NCBI GenBank assembly: GCA_951406725.2
Contig: OX597818.1
Location: forward strand, 17,112,001-17,176,000
DNA length: 64,000 nucleotides
DNA from: Octopus vulgaris
Lineage: Eukaryota
Reading direction: 5' to 3'
How positions within the stretch are numbered: position 1 is the stretch's first letter; each line of letters opens with the position of its first letter. Made by a program: the position numbers and the translations under genes. This document shows positions 1 to 13,342 of this stretch, in pieces. Under the pieces are notes generated by a model, which was not told the origin of the DNA, made no database searches, and saw nothing but the letters and a program-made list of their open reading frames with translations.

Positions 1-1
1 C

Positions 2-195
2 ATTAGCAGCAACGAGGCTTTTTGGCGAATTTTCGGCTTCCCTATACATCAAAGACACCCTCCTATTCAGCAGCTTGCAGTCCACCTTGAAAATGGACAA
101 AGGATTTACTTTACCGATGAAACTGCCGCTCAATTGGTGGAAGAGGCACGTGAAACCACCCTAACTGCATTTTTCAAACTATGTCAGGGCGACAT
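2..195 (+). mobile_element. Helitron Rep/helicase coding fragment (continues off the left edge)
   Basis: Frame from position 2 reads ISSNEAFWRIFGFPIHQRHPPIQQLAVHLENGQRIYFTDETAAQLVEEARETTLTAFFKLCQGD. This matches the conserved SSNEAxWRIF..HLENGQR..TTLTAFF segment between the Helitron Rep and Pif1 helicase domains. Confidence 0.85.
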
Positions 196-265
196 AATTT
201 GTGACCCACTTCACAATCACTCCACTTATCCTTATTGAACAAAATAAAACAGGTATCATTTATTT

Positions 266-1130
266 TCAGGGTCGGGGCAGTTTGAAGTTCTTAGGTGTGT
301 ACATGCGTTTCTTTATTGTCAGGTGGGGAAGGGAGAGAATCGGTGAGTGCAGGGAGAGGTTGGGGCAAAGAGGATTTGGTGGGAGTTTGGTGGGGACAAT
401 CTCTTCGCTTACTTTTTGGATCCTTCTACGCTTTTTCCTTTTTCCAACCGTTTCCCATTCTTCACTTATTGTTTCTACTTCAAACTTATTGTTGACTTCT
501 ACTGGCAGCGGAGGTGCAGCTTCCGAGTTAGCTTTTGCGATTCTCTGCAGGTGGTGGTGGGCAGTTTTCCCTAATGTGGCCCTTTTGACCACATTTGTAG
601 CAACGTAGGACCCTGCCTTCCACTTTTCCCCTTAATATAACGTCCTCTATGGAAACAGTTTCAATAAGTAATTCTAGGGCTTCTCGGGAGGCCTGAATCG
701 ATATCTCCAGGCTCTGCTCTTTCAAATTTTTTGCACGGGGTATACGTTGCTTGTAGAACAGTGATTTTATCCTTTACTCCTAGCAGGATTGCATCCACCA
801 CCCAGACTACATCAATTTCCGGGGGAATATCATCTATTCTTACCCTGGAAACACGTTTTCCAAGGTAAATGGGTAGAAGTACCAATTCTTTCGTTTTCAT
901 TTCAGAGTGTAGCTTGGCGGTGGCTGCCCCTCGGAAGTGCACCTCGACGGTTCCAAATGTACGTGCCTTGTTGAGGTATGTCACCTCCTTCGATATTGGT
1001 TGCAGTGCCTTTTCAATCAGGCCAACCTCCATTATACAGATTTTTCTCTCTTTTTTCAGAGTAAGTTCTATAATACATAACTTTTTCACGTTCATACTGC
1101 AATTTTACTGGGGGAGGAGACACTAACATT
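266..1130 (-). mobile_element. Degenerate L1/Tx1-type LINE ORF1 (gag-like, CCHC zinc knuckle)
   Basis: Frameshifted ORFs 661-1095, 528-725 and 266-592. They contain an RRM-like RVRIDDIPPEI segment, the knuckle CYKCGQKGHIRENC and the basic WETVGKRKKRRR motif typical of Tx1 ORF1. Confidence 0.75.
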
Positions 1131-2057
1131 TTGTCCCACCCTTGTTAAAATAGCCGTTTTCATATCTACTATTCACAACATTGCTTTCGTCAGTAACTTT
1201 GCTATTTGCTATTCATCTGAGTTACATGTTTGTCTGTTTTATCTGTCTGTCTGTCTGTCTGTCTACTTAGATGTTTGCCTCCTTAAATTTCTGTTGAGTT
1301 TCATGCTTATCCTTCTACCTCTGTGTCTGTCTCACTATCTATTTACATGTCTGTCCATGTATCTCCATAAGTATCTGCCCAGTCACGTATATTAGAACAG
1401 TGTTTAACAGTATCCTTTTTAATCCATGAGCCACTTAGTTTTTAAAAAAAACGTGTACTTCACTATAAACGGAGAAAGTACATATATTAATAGTGATTTC
1501 AAATTTTAGCACGAGACCAGCAAATTGGTGGGAGAGGTAAGTCGATTACATCGATCCCAGTGCTTGACTGATACTTATTTTATCCATTCCGAAAAGATAA
1601 AAGGTAAAGTCGACCTTGGCGAAATTTCAACTCAGAACGTAAAGACGGACAAAATACCGCTATGTATCTTTCCCGGCGTGCTAACAACTCCGCACGGCAT
1701 ATTAATATTCTAAAGTAATTTTAATGCACATTTTAATCACTTGTTACTTATTCAGGCTCCATTCTAAGGTAAAAACAAACCCCTATGCACATAAGAAACA
1801 CCATCTTTCGTAGAATGTCTCCATCTGCCCAAAACCCATCACATGACCTTCCCAAGTTAAAATAATAACACACAGTATTAAACAAATGCCAAAACAAACG
1901 TAGCAGGGCATCAATTAGGTGAGATTTTATATTTGTAATCAAAATACACAACATTCCTCTCAGATATTTTGCGTCAGTCATATTGTTTCTTACCAAATAT
2001 GAATTAATTTTTCCAAATGATCCATTTGCTTTGTTCCCACACATAAAATATACTCAG

Positions 2058-2272
2058 ACTAGCTATTTTGACCCGTGCTTCGCTCCGGTTTTGGTGGTGG
2101 CGACTTGCAACCCTCCTCACACCATTTTCCACCCCATTTTACTCTCGCCAGCGTAAATTTTGGCGCCAATCCGACCCCATCTACCACCCCTTAAACCGTT
2201 CCCATCCCAAAATGAGACAAATAGCCAAGAGATCAAATAACTTTTTCGCATTTCAGCTTTATAGATATTGAT
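2058..2272 (+). mobile_element. Non-autonomous Helitron/Helentron-like (Lep1/DINE-like) fragment
   Basis: Begins ACTAGCTATTTTGACCCGTGCTTCGCTCCGG, resembling the ACTAGC..ACCCG.GCTTCGC terminus of such elements. Recognised by motif only. Confidence 0.4.
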
Positions 2273-2290
2273 AACATGCTTCATACTTAC

Positions 2291-2386
2291 TATGTTTCTT
2301 GCTTAAATAGCGGGCGATTGCTATGCTCTGAGTAAGGACCGTCTTGTCGTCGACAATCAATACAGGAAGAGCTTTTCCAGGTGTAT
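2291..2386 (-). CDS. Sigma-class glutathione S-transferase / S-crystallin family, coding exon 2
   Basis: Acceptor TTTCTTTACAG and donor GTAAGT, 96 nt, phase 1/1. Reads (D)TPGKALPVLIVDDKTVLTQSIAIARYLSKKH, including the cis-Pro LPVL and QSxAIARY motifs. In phase with exon 1. No later exons found, so they are presumably left of the window. Confidence 0.92.
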
Positions 2387-5150
2387 CTGTAAAGAAATAT
2401 GTATGAGAAATGCAAATTAAACCAAATAAGTTTCGTTGTTGTTTCATCTCCAGCTCTAATCGAGCGTACTTATGATCAAAGGTTTTCTAGGTAGTGAACA
2501 TTAGGGCTTTTATACAAATGCAGTATTTTTATTCCGCATTTCTAGAACTATTTTGGGGCAGAATTCTGATTTAAGCACCCTATATAAGCCCTCATGAGTT
2601 TTTTACTTTTTAGAATTTTCTGAAAATTTCTCCGAATTTGCGTTCTGCATATGAGAATTCTTACAATTTTGAATAGAAAAAAAAAAGCGATTAAAAAAAA
2701 TGTTAACCCTCCATCCTTTAAAATTTCCACTCATTCTTTTTTAAAAAATCAGAGTCTAAAATCCGGAAAGTCCGAATTTTTTGCTTAAATTCCAGCAATG
2801 GACCACCCGTGGGTGCATCAACATTCCATTACATATGTTAAAATTTTGAGAAACAACAATACATGTAAGAGTGGCAAAGAAACGAGGAAGGTATCAGGTG
2901 GTCGTGAGATGTGCTAAAAATAATAATAGCTAAATTGCCCTTAAATCACACAAACAGACAAAATGTTTTTTTGTTTTGCTTAATCGTATGAATTCCCTTG
3001 TGTACAAATGAATTAAGGAACTTATGGTGTGCTTAGACCAGAATTCAACTTAATTTTGTGTATCTAGAATATATTATCTAGAATTACATGAATGTATTTC
3101 TGCCATCGATTTCTTGTTGTGACAACAGAATTTCAGATGAGACACCTAATACTTTACGAAAAAGGAAAAAAGGTACTTTATTTGTCAACCTTGAAGCGAT
3201 GAAAGACTAAGTTGAGTTCAGTGAGATGGGAACTCAGAGGATCGATTATATCGATTATAATATTATAATTGATATAATCGATGATATTATTGATCTCAGC
3301 CAGTACTTGACTGAAGACAGTAAATTAGCAGAGTCATTAGAGCGGCGTATAAAATGTTTTTCTGTATTTGTTTCATCTTATAGGTTTTCAGTTCGAATCT
3401 CATCTCCGAAACCATCTTTGCCTTTCGTCCCTTCGAATTCAATAAATTATGTATCAGTGAAGTAGATTCTCTGTTTGTCCGTCTGTCTGTTTATCTCTCG
3501 GCAATTGGCTACATTAGTGTTTCTCAAGATGAACCACATGACTCCTTCTTCTCACCCACCTGTAGGACGTAACTCATTTTAATGCGGTGTAACATATTTT
3601 GGTGGGGCGTATGTTGCTTCAGAATGTGGCGTAAGAAAGTAGAAAGTGAATAAAACTTGCAATAAAGCTTTCATTAAATCTTCTTTTGAATATGTATGTA
3701 TGTATGTAATGTAACGTAATGTTATGTATGTATGTATGCATGCATGCATACATACATACAGGCAAAAATCGACCGCGGTGGTAGTTGGACTCAAAACGCG
3801 GTCGATTTTTGCCTTTCATCCTTTCGGGGTCGATAAAATAAGTACCAGTCGAGCACTGGGTCGATGTAGTGGACTTCCCGCTATCCCTAGAATTGCTGGC
3901 CTTGTGCCAAATTTGGAAACCAATATATATGTATATATATGATATATACTAACTTTGTCAGTATTGTTATGAAACATAAGAATACTGACAAAAAAGAAAG
4001 AAAAGAAAAGAAAGGAAAGGAAGACACCGTAACATTTTCCTTCGTCTTGAAGAATTGGATGCTTAATCCGAAATTCCGGATTATGACAAAAGGCGAGACA
4101 ATATTTTACGGCTACTTTATTTGATCGTCTCAGAAATGAAGGGGCTAGATTAATTAAAGAAAATTACCAGCAAATGAGAAAGTCCAGTTGTGGAAAAAAC
4201 AAAAGTTTAAATCAAACACACTCCCTGGACCGTAGGGAAGAAACGAGTCTATGAGGAGAGCGTAGTATGGGAGCTAACTCGAAGTCACTAAAATTAGTAA
4301 TCATCTCTTCAAATCACACTCTAGAGTTTTTTTTAAAAAGAACGCTGAATAAAGCGATGCTGGTTTCTTGGACATAGCAAGCAGATAAAATGTTTACGGT
4401 TGGAATGTCTTTCATCATAGGTCTGCTCGAACAGGATTGATAAGGGGCTAAACTGCAATGACGACGACGATGTCAATTAGGAAAAACGTTTTGTATAAAA
4501 AGAAAGATGGAAGAAAAGAGAAGCCCAAACAACACAGGGGAATCCAAAATGTTCCTTTCTACTATTTTAATAATAATGGGTTTCAAATTTTGGCACAAGG
4601 TCAGCAAGTTTAGGGCAGGGGTAAATCCATTAATTCGACCTCCCCAGTGCTCTATTGGGTCTTATTTTATCGATTCCGAAAGGATGAGAGGGAAAGTCGA
4701 CCGCAGCTGATTTTGCACTCAGAATGTAAAGACGGACGAAATGCCGCTAAGCATTTTGCCCGGTGTGCTAACGATTCTGACAGCTCACCGCCTTAGGATA
4801 ATCCATATTATTCTGCTTGTCAAACCAAGTTTTCAAGTGTTTACTCTTTCAATAACCTTAAGCTATGGAACAAAATCGAAGCCCAAATAGAAATTTTTGA
4901 AATAATGAAGCGATGTTACGAAGATTTCAAAAATTTTGTGCAACAAAATAGGAATGCAAACGTTTATAGCAATCTCCATAAGTTTAATTGGTAGCTATAC
5001 TTTCTTGCATTGGCATACGACCACAAAGGGTCTTACATTATAGCCCCGGCCTGTGAGCGGATTTGCTTGACGGAAAGTGAAAGAAGCCTGTCGTACATAC
5101 ATACATACATACATACATACATACATACATACATACATACATACATACAT

Positions 5151-5209
<59 letters not shown>

Positions 5210-5349
5210 CGTGTCTTTGTGTTTGTCACCTAACACCTCTTGACAACCGGTGTGTGTTTCTCTAAGTTTCTGTAAATTAGTGATCCGGCAAAAAGAAACA
5301 AATATCAAGCTTAAAAAAAAAAATGTTTTTAAAAATTAAAAATAATAAT

Positions 5350-5750
5350 GGCGTAGGAGTGGCTGTGTGGTAAGTAGCTTGCTTACCAACCACATGGTTT
5401 CGGGTTCAGTCCCACTGCGTGGCACCTTGGGCGAGTGTCTTCTACTATAGCCTCGGGCCGACCAAAGCCTTGTGAGTGGATTTGGTAGACGGAAACTGAA
5501 AGAAGCCTGTCGTATATATGTATATATATGTGTGTGTGTGTATGTGTTTGTGTGTCTGTGTTTGCCCCCCTAGCATTGATTGACAACCGATGCTGGTGTA
5601 TATACGTCCCCGTAACTTAGCGGTTCGGCAAAAGAGACCGATAGAATAAGTACTAGGCTTGCAAAGAATAAGTCCTGGGGTCGATTTGCTCGACTAAAGG
5701 CGGTCTTCCAGCATGGCCACAGTCAAATGACTGAAGCAAGTAAAAGAGAG
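5350..5750 (+). mobile_element. tRNA-derived SINE, family A (near full length)
   Basis: Head GGCGTAGGAGTGGCTGTGTGGTAAG...GGTTCAGTCCC with A/B-box-like motifs and an internal (TA)/(TG) tract. Copies at about 17861, 22462, 23574, 26572(-), 35469, 39936, 43964, 46633(-), 55552(-), 56512, 57420(-), 57988(-) and 60480. Confidence 0.85.
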
Positions 5751-5752
5751 TT

Positions 5753-5820
<68 letters not shown>

Positions 5821-6114
5821 GTGTGTGTGTGTGTGTTTGCGTGTGTATGTGTCTTTAACCCCCTACCGCTTGATAACCGGTGTTGGTGTGTTTACGCCCC
5901 AGTAACTTAGTGGCTCGGCCAAAGAGACCGATAGGATAAGTATCAAATACCAGGCTTAACAAAAGAATAAGTACTGAGGTCGATTCATTCGACTAAAAAA
6001 AATTCTTCAAGGGAGTGTCCCAGCATAGGCCGCAGTCTAATGACTGAAACAAATAAAATATAAGGCGTAAAAAATAAAAGATACGTTTTTGCAACAAAAC
6101 CGACTATATTATGC

Positions 6115-6341
6115 CCCCTTTTGATACCAACCCGGCCGAAACCGCCTCTGCCTCTCTAGTATAAATGTCTTGTTTTCGTAAGTTTGTAATTAAAATCTTC
6201 CACCAAACTTTAGTCACAATTTATGTTCCTAACACTAGCTTAATTATAGCTATGTTATTTTACTAAATTCTTAGTTATATTTAAAATCAATTGAAAGAAA
6301 CACAAAGCATCTCAACAGGAATATGGTAACAAAAGGGTTAA
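6115..6341. mobile_element. piggyBac-like MITE
   Basis: Terminal inverted repeats CCCTTTTGATACCA / TGGTAACAAAAGGG with TTAA on the right. The left TTAA has decayed. Confidence 0.6.
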
Positions 6342-6361
6342 GGATTAGCGTGTCTACTTAC

Positions 6362-6494
6362 CTTGCTTGTGGCTGGGCCAGTCTTGAAATTCATATCTCG
6401 TATCTTTAAATTTCTGATCAGCGGCCGCTAAAGTGATCCGTATGATTTCTCCACGGCCTCTAACGTTGAAGTATTTCAATTCGTATTTTGTCAT
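6362..6494 (-). CDS. Sigma-class glutathione S-transferase / S-crystallin family, coding exon 1
   Basis: ATG at 6494. Reads [44 protein letters not shown] plus 1 nt, then donor GTAAG. Contains the catalytic Tyr, the RGRGExIR motif and the conserved Trp of sigma GSTs. Confidence 0.93.
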
Positions 6495-6687
6495 GGTTTA
6501 TATGATAATATTATTCAAGAACAGGTTTAAAAAGCCAAAGGCTTTCAAAGAAACATATAAGGGATGGATAGTTCTTTAAAGTTTAATGTCAGCTAGACTG
6601 CTGCCTCTTGAAACAAGCAATCACGAATGAAGACGCACAAATGACTGAATGACGTTAAATGGTTGATGAAACTAAGCAGCAGTCTCT

Positions 6688-6688
6688 G

Positions 6689-6732
<44 letters not shown>

Positions 6733-6745
6733 CGCGTGTGTGTAT

Positions 6746-6786
<41 letters not shown>

Positions 6787-7105
6787 TGTGTGTGTGAGAT
6801 ATGTATTTATGCAATGACCGTACAAACAATCACCACACAAACACACAAATAGAAACTCCCACCACCACCACCACCACCACCACCACCACCACCAAACTCA
6901 CTCATATCACTACTGTTGTCACCAGGGGAAAAAACCACCCTCGCACGCCAACAACCACCACCAAGATCGACGCCTCCACCACCATCCTTACCACTACAAT
7001 GCTTTTCTATCTCCTTTCGCTGCCCACCCCCTCCCACTACCACCGTTCTGATAAAACATCGAAATGCAAGTTTCTATGCTACCATCATGCACACATGCAC
7101 AAACG

Positions 7106-7160
<55 letters not shown>

Positions 7161-7173
7161 ATCTATCTGTCTA

Positions 7174-7205
<32 letters not shown>

Positions 7206-7364
7206 CATAGATATACACACAAACCAAACAGACTTTCTCTCCCTCCCTCTCCTTCTCTCTTCCTCTCTCCCTCTCTCTCCTTCTCTCCCCCTCTCTCTCC
7301 CCCTCTCTCCCCTCCCTCTCCCTCCTGTATTGCACAGGCGCACATAAACATACCCACGCACACA

Positions 7365-7405
<41 letters not shown>

Positions 7406-7805
7406 ACACAACTATATATATGCGCGTATGTGTGCAAGCGCGCGATCGTGTGTTCTCACACAATGACAAGGTTAAAATAGCTGATAAAAGCGACAATGGT
7501 GATAACGATGATGATGATGACAACGACAACGATGATGATGACAATGCAAAAAAGAAAAAAAAAATTCAGTCTAAACTACTCTCGCTAACCACTTACAAAT
7601 GTCACATTTTCCTTTTTCTTCTCCACCCCTCAATCTCTCCCACTTCACTCTACCTTCCCCCCACTGCGTGTGCGTGCGTGTGCGTGTTTGTGTGTATACA
7701 CACGCACACGCACACGCACACGCACACGCACACGCACGCACTAGTTTCTTTTCTTTCACATGTCTATAAACACACATCCATAGACATATACACGCGCGCG
7801 TGTGC
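6688..7805. repeat. Compound microsatellite block (TA, TG, ACC, CT, CTGT, CA, GAT, CACG)
   Basis: Directly visible. It explains the low-complexity ORFs here. Confidence 0.95.
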
Positions 7806-8319
7806 GCTCAAACCCTCTGCATTTCACATATCCAACACCCACATACGGTTATAATATGCTGGGGAAAAAAAGGAAAAAAAAAGCATAAAAATAAATAATC
7901 AAATAAAGAGAGCGAGACACAAAGGTAGTGGGTATGGCAAACCAGTATATTGAGATAACCTATATTCTTTCCACACACGCTGTTAGCAGATATTTTTTGT
8001 TGAGTCAATATAGGCTGACTTGATATAGTACAGAGCAATTTAGATCGGCCCCTTTCTGTTCACTTAGTACAAGCCCTACTAAAGTTTGGTAAAATGGGTA
8101 GCACGCAGGACAAACTGCTAAGCGATATTCCTTCCAGTTCGTTACGGTCTATGTTCAAATCCAGCTGTAATCGACTTTGCCTTTGTTCCTATCATGATCG
8201 ATAAAATAATTACTAATTGAACATTGAGGCCAATGCAATCGATTAAGCCTTCTTCACAAAGTTTCATGCTTAGCTTATAAGTAAAAGAAATTATAATCAT
8301 TATTTATTCACGGTTAAAA

Positions 8320-9010
8320 GGCGGCGAGCTGGCAGAATCGTTAGCACGCTGGGGAAATGCTGAGCGGCATTTCGCCTGTCGCTACGTTCTGAGTTCAAAT
8401 TCCGCCGAGGTCGACTTTGCCTTTCATCATTTCGGGGTTGATAAAATTAGTACCTATTTTTTTACTACCCACAAGGGAATAAACACAGAGAGGACAAACA
8501 AGGACAGACAAACGGATTAAGTCGATTATATCGACTCCAGTGCGTAACTGGTACTTATTTAATCGACCCCGAAAGGATGAAAGGCAAAGTCGACCTCGGC
8601 GGAATTTGAACTCAGAACGTAGAGGCAGACGAAATACTGCTAAGCATTTCTCCCGGCGTGCTAACATTTCTGCCAGCTCGTCGCTTTAATTAGTACCAGT
8701 TACTCACTGGGGTCGATGTAATCGACTATCCCCGCCACCAAATTTCAGGCCTTGTGTCTATAGTAGAAAGGATTATTTATTCACTGTTCAAAGGCTGTGA
8801 GCTGGTAGAATCGTTAGCTCGCCGGGCAAAGTGTTTAGCAGTATTTCGTCCGCTTTTACGTTCTGAGTTCAAATTCCGTCGAGGTCGACTTTGCCTTTCA
8901 TCGTTTTGGGGTCGATAAATTCAATATCAGTGAAAGAATGGGGTCGATGTAATCGACTAATTCCCTCCATCTAATTTAAGGCCTTGTGCTTCCAGTAGAA
9001 AGAATTATTA
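8320..9010. mobile_element. Cluster of family B tRNA-derived SINEs, including a minus-strand copy nested in a plus-strand copy
   Basis: Head GGCGGCGAGCTGGCAGAATCGTTAGC and body GCCGAGGTCGACTTTGCCTTTCATCCTTTCGGGGTCGATAAA (Meta-SINE-like). The nested copy is flanked by an AATTAGTACC duplication. Other clusters at about 1500, 4580, 24260, 27680, 30915, 39108, 43170, 45740, 56905, 58705 and 60178. Confidence 0.85.
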
Positions 9011-9013
9011 TTA

Positions 9014-9886
9014 TTGAGTGAGAGAGCAGTGCATGCCATCAAAGTGACACTGGAGTAAAATATACGAAGTCCAGTATACCCATCATGACTACACCAGGCA
9101 CATGCATCACAACCATATGTGCGCGACCTAGTAATCTCATATCAAGATAATCAGCGCATGATCTTGCAAGTGGGACCCAGTTAGAATTTTTTTCAGGTCG
9201 ATTAGCCCATTTCGCCCAAAAGGTCCTTGAATAAGGGCTGTTTAAGGATGATGATCAAAACACTCATGTTTCTAAAGGTGAATTATCCAAACCCCAAAGA
9301 ATCCCTCTCAACACATGACTATAATGCTCCTCCACTACTACTGCTCGTGATCAGAGGTGCACATATCGTCAACCACTAAGGGACATGCTTAACTGGTTAA
9401 GGTCAATCAACTGACAAGCAAATCTGTGGTATTGAGCAGAATATCTGCTGTAGCCCAATGTACATGAGAACACTTCCTATCAGTTAAGATCAGAAGCCAA
9501 GACAGCTAGTGCCTGGTACTGCATCAGAGCATATTATTATCATTATCATTATTATTATTATAATATTATTATTATTATTATTATTGAGTGAGAGAACAGT
9601 GCATGCCATCAAAGTGACACTGGGGTAAAATATACGAAGCCCAATATACCCATCATGACTACCCGTCTGATAAAGGCACACCAGGCACATGCATCACAAC
9701 CATATGTGCGCGACATGGTGATCTCATATCAAGATAAACAGCACATGACCTTGCAGGTGGGGCCCAGTTAGAATTTTCTTCAGGTTGAGTAGCCCATCCC
9801 GCTCATAAGGTCCCTGAATAAGGGTTGTTTAAGGATGTAGAAAGAACCACCCATGTTTCCAGAGGTGAACTATTCAAACCCCAAAG
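9014..9886 (-). mobile_element. Two tandem copies of a retroposon 3' end associated with (TAA)n tracts (probably Dong/R4-type 3' UTR)
   Basis: 9014-9530 and 9584-9886 are direct copies (GAGTGAGAGA.CAGTGCATGCCATCAAAGTGACACTGG...), each abutting (ATT)n. The family assignment is inference. Confidence 0.55.
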
Positions 9887-9961
<75 letters not shown>

Positions 9962-10412
9962 TGATAAAGTTTGACGTAACTCTTTAACGGGCACAAGAGC
10001 ACTTCTACAAAACTCGCCGAACATTTTACATCAACTGGCTGCATTTTGAGGAACACCTGAAAATGCACATTCTCAGAAAATATTCTGAATATACTACACT
10101 TCCAGTCCTCAAAATGCATGACAGCAAATATGCTTGTGAATTACTAACACTACGCCCTGGAGGGATGAATATAATTTCAGGAGAATTCCATCACATTTAC
10201 ACAAAACTTTTCGAATAAATATTCTTTTTTCCTTTTTTTTTTTTCCTTTTTGCAAGTTGCAAAATTGATGACTGATAATGTCATTCTGTCAAAGTGGAAA
10301 CGCAGAATTTCCTCGTTTATATATTTTTGAAATTCTGTGTTTCTTCATTTTACATTTTGAACTTGAAAAAGACAGACGAACAGTCGAAATATCGTTCAAA
10401 CAAATAAACAAT
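9962..10412 (+). mobile_element. Penelope-like element 3' remnant (GIY-YIG C-terminus plus hammerhead-containing end)
   Basis: Translates as ..FNGHKSTSTKLAEHFTSTGC..EHLKMHIL..LLTLRPGGMN, matching the RFxxH..AEHF..LxTLxPxGLN pattern of PLE endonucleases. A hammerhead motif follows. Confidence 0.65.
10356..10400 (+). ncRNA. Minimal type I hammerhead ribozyme, U3-A8 core variant
   Basis: Stem I TTTGAAC/GTTCAAA, core TTGAAAA plus an extra A, stem II GAC..GTC, GAAA, palindromic ATAT, and a cleavage triplet ending at C10393. Confidence 0.55.
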
Positions 10413-10418
10413 CTATTA

Positions 10419-11660
10419 TCAGGTCATCCCATAAGTGCTGTCCGATTTTACCTTTTTTAAAATTGAATGAAATTTTATAGTATTTTAGAATGTCTAACGG
10501 AATTTAAAATTATTTTATGCATTTGTGTACATTTAAAATAATTAAATATTATTTTACAGAATAATAGAATTAAAATTTCTTTGATTAAAACCCTTTCTAA
10601 CATGGAAGTATCCAAAGAGCATTTGAGGCACATAATGCTTTATGAGTACAAAAAAGGAAACTCTGCAGCCGAAGCGATTCGAAACATACACTCAGTTTAT
10701 GGGAAAGAATGCTTGAATGAAAGAACTTGCAGAAGATGGTTTGCAAAATTCAGAAGTGGAGATTTCAGCCTTGAAGATGAAGATCGAACAGGACATCCAG
10801 TTGAGTTTGATGATAAGCTCCTTGAGGCATTACTTGAAGAAAATCCTGCATTATCAGTTGAAGAATTGGCAATAAAGCTTAGTTCAAACCATACACCGTC
10901 ATCTTCAACAATTTGGAAAGGTTCCTCAACTTGGAAAATGGGCACCTCATGAATTGTCCGAAAGCCACCGCAAATCCCGAATTGACATCTGCTCTTCTCT
11001 CCATTCTCGCGAACTCATTTCACCCTTTTTGGATAGACTTGTGACTGGTGACGAAAAATGGATCTTCTATCGAAATGTTAAACGTCGTAAACTGTGACTT
11101 GGTAAAAGGGGGAAAACTCAACCACAACTGAGAAGGGAACTTCATGGGAAAAAGATTTTTCTCTTTATCAGGTGGGACTGCAAAGGAGTAATTCACTTTG
11201 AATTGTTACCACCTAATGCAACAATCAATGCTCAAGTCTACTGTCAGCAATTAGAGCGTTTGAACCAAGCTTTGAAGGAAAAAGATCCGCTTTAGTGAAT
11301 CGAAAAGGGGTGATGTTTCATCAGGACAATGCGCGACCCCACACTACAAAGATCACATCACAGAAGATCGAAAAGCCTGGTTGGGAAAAAATTCCTCATC
11401 CACCTTATTCTCCCGACCTTGCTCCTTCAGACTATTATTTGTTTCGTAGTTTACAGAATCGTTTGGGGGACATAACTTTCGCAAGCCAGGAAGAGGTTGA
11501 AACTGACATTTCAGAGTTCTTCGCTTTGAAACCAAAATAGTTTTACATTGATGGGATTAAAAAACTTGTAAATAAATGGAAGGAAGTCATAGATAATTAG
11601 GGAAAGTACATTGCTGATTAAATTTCAATTAAATATAACATTTGATCACTTGTTTTCTTT
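10419..11660 (+). mobile_element. Mariner (DD34D) transposon, inactivated; right TIR not found
   Basis: TA followed by left TIR TCAGGTCATCCCATAAGTG. Contains the HTH (MEVSKEHLRHIMLYEY..RRWFAKFRSGD), WAPHEL, TGDEKW, HQDNARPH and HPPYSPDLAPSDYYLF, with frameshifts and stops. Confidence 0.92.
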
Positions 11661-12218
11661 ATGCGGAACGAGCATGTTTCTTTTAAGGGTTTGTTTCGTG
11701 CAGTGTATGTTTCAGTATAGTGTTTATTGCAGCAATTTTTGTATGTCATTTGTTTCTTTCTTCATAGTTTGTCAGAGGTGCATGAAGTATAGCAAAGACA
11801 GTCTCTGCCCGATGGCTGGAGCTGCAAAAAAGAAAAAAAGATGGTAGCCAAATCTTGAAATCACTCCCTCCAGCCTAACAGAGAACAAGTATACTGTACA
11901 AATCCGAAACAATATGCACACGTCCGCACCCAATAAAATGATAGAATGGGCACAGAAACCATTAAAAAAATAACAGAAATATAATGACTCAAGTGATCTA
12001 GTCCGGTACTACAATTTCTGGCACACCGCTATTTTAGACTAACCGGAATATTGAAAGGAAGATTTTTACCGTTTAACATTCGTACATAGGATAAAACAAC
12101 GTAAAGCTGTGAAAACATGAAAGATCTACTTCAAATGCCATTGCAAAAAACAACCGCCATTTCACAGACAGGAAGAAGCATCTCTGTTGAATAGACAACA
12201 TAGTCTATATGAATAGAC

Positions 12219-12303
<85 letters not shown>

Positions 12304-13023
12304 CGTAAAACAAATGGAAATGTCATCTATGAATGCAGTTTCCTGAAATAATATGTTATATTCTATCCAGATGTCCTAGATTAGCTGTGATGTTGTTAGA
12401 TCAACCGATTTAAACTAGATAAATCAGTAATTCATACATAAGAGATCCGACCTAACACTGTGGTAGAAGTAACAATGACGTCTTAAAAAATGGAATAAAA
12501 CATGAAAATATCAGACAGACAAGAGCCCGGAAGCTAAGGTACTCTGCTACTAAAACAATAAGTAAATTTATGGTATGTAAGAATGTAATCATCATCCTGT
12601 AATTAATTGAAACGTCGCACCAAACTCGGCTCTGTGTAGACACGTTGGAGTTGCATTAAGTACGAGCAAGTACTTAAAGTTTAGCTTGCTATATTCAAGT
12701 GCCATTTATAGCAAATATTACACCGTATAAATCACGAAAGATAGTTTATGGCTTTTATTAGCTTTTTTATAATTTTTTTTTCAGAATATTCATTAATTTT
12801 GGGTTGTTGTAAGTGGGTAAATCATTAATTTTATGGATAATATTTGAGTAGATAGTAAATAGGAAAGTGGTTTTTATCAGGAAATCGCAAGAAATAAGCA
12901 CATTTCACAACGCTTACTCTATAAACGATATATATTTTAAGTTACAAGTTACAAGCACGTTAGATGTAACTTTCTACCAATTAAGAATAATGAAAGAAGT
13001 ACATATAAGTTGTATGTATGTAC

Positions 13024-13054
<31 letters not shown>

Positions 13055-13342
13055 TGCATGTATGTATGTATGTATGTATGTATGTATGTATGTATGTATG
13101 TATGTATGTATGTATGTGTGTGTGTATGTGTATGCATGTGTTTTTATGTATATATATATATATATATATATATACAAATTGAGATAGGGGTTATAAATAC
13201 AACCCTCCATGGGATAACATATATCCAATATACTGCCAGTGAAGTACCCAACAAAGTTGATACATAAATGTTAAGAATTGCGATGCAATTATTTCATTTA
13301 CTGTATTATATGGGCAAAGGTAAAGTGATTTACCACAAATTC

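Noticed and set aside
1143-1197. Minus-strand CTGACGA...GAAA hammerhead-like spacing
   Set aside because: Stem II cannot pair and stem III is not palindromic.
6540-6690. Possible AP-1/ARE and TATA elements upstream of the GST
   Set aside because: Only partial matches, no TGACnnnGC, and the transcription start is unknown.
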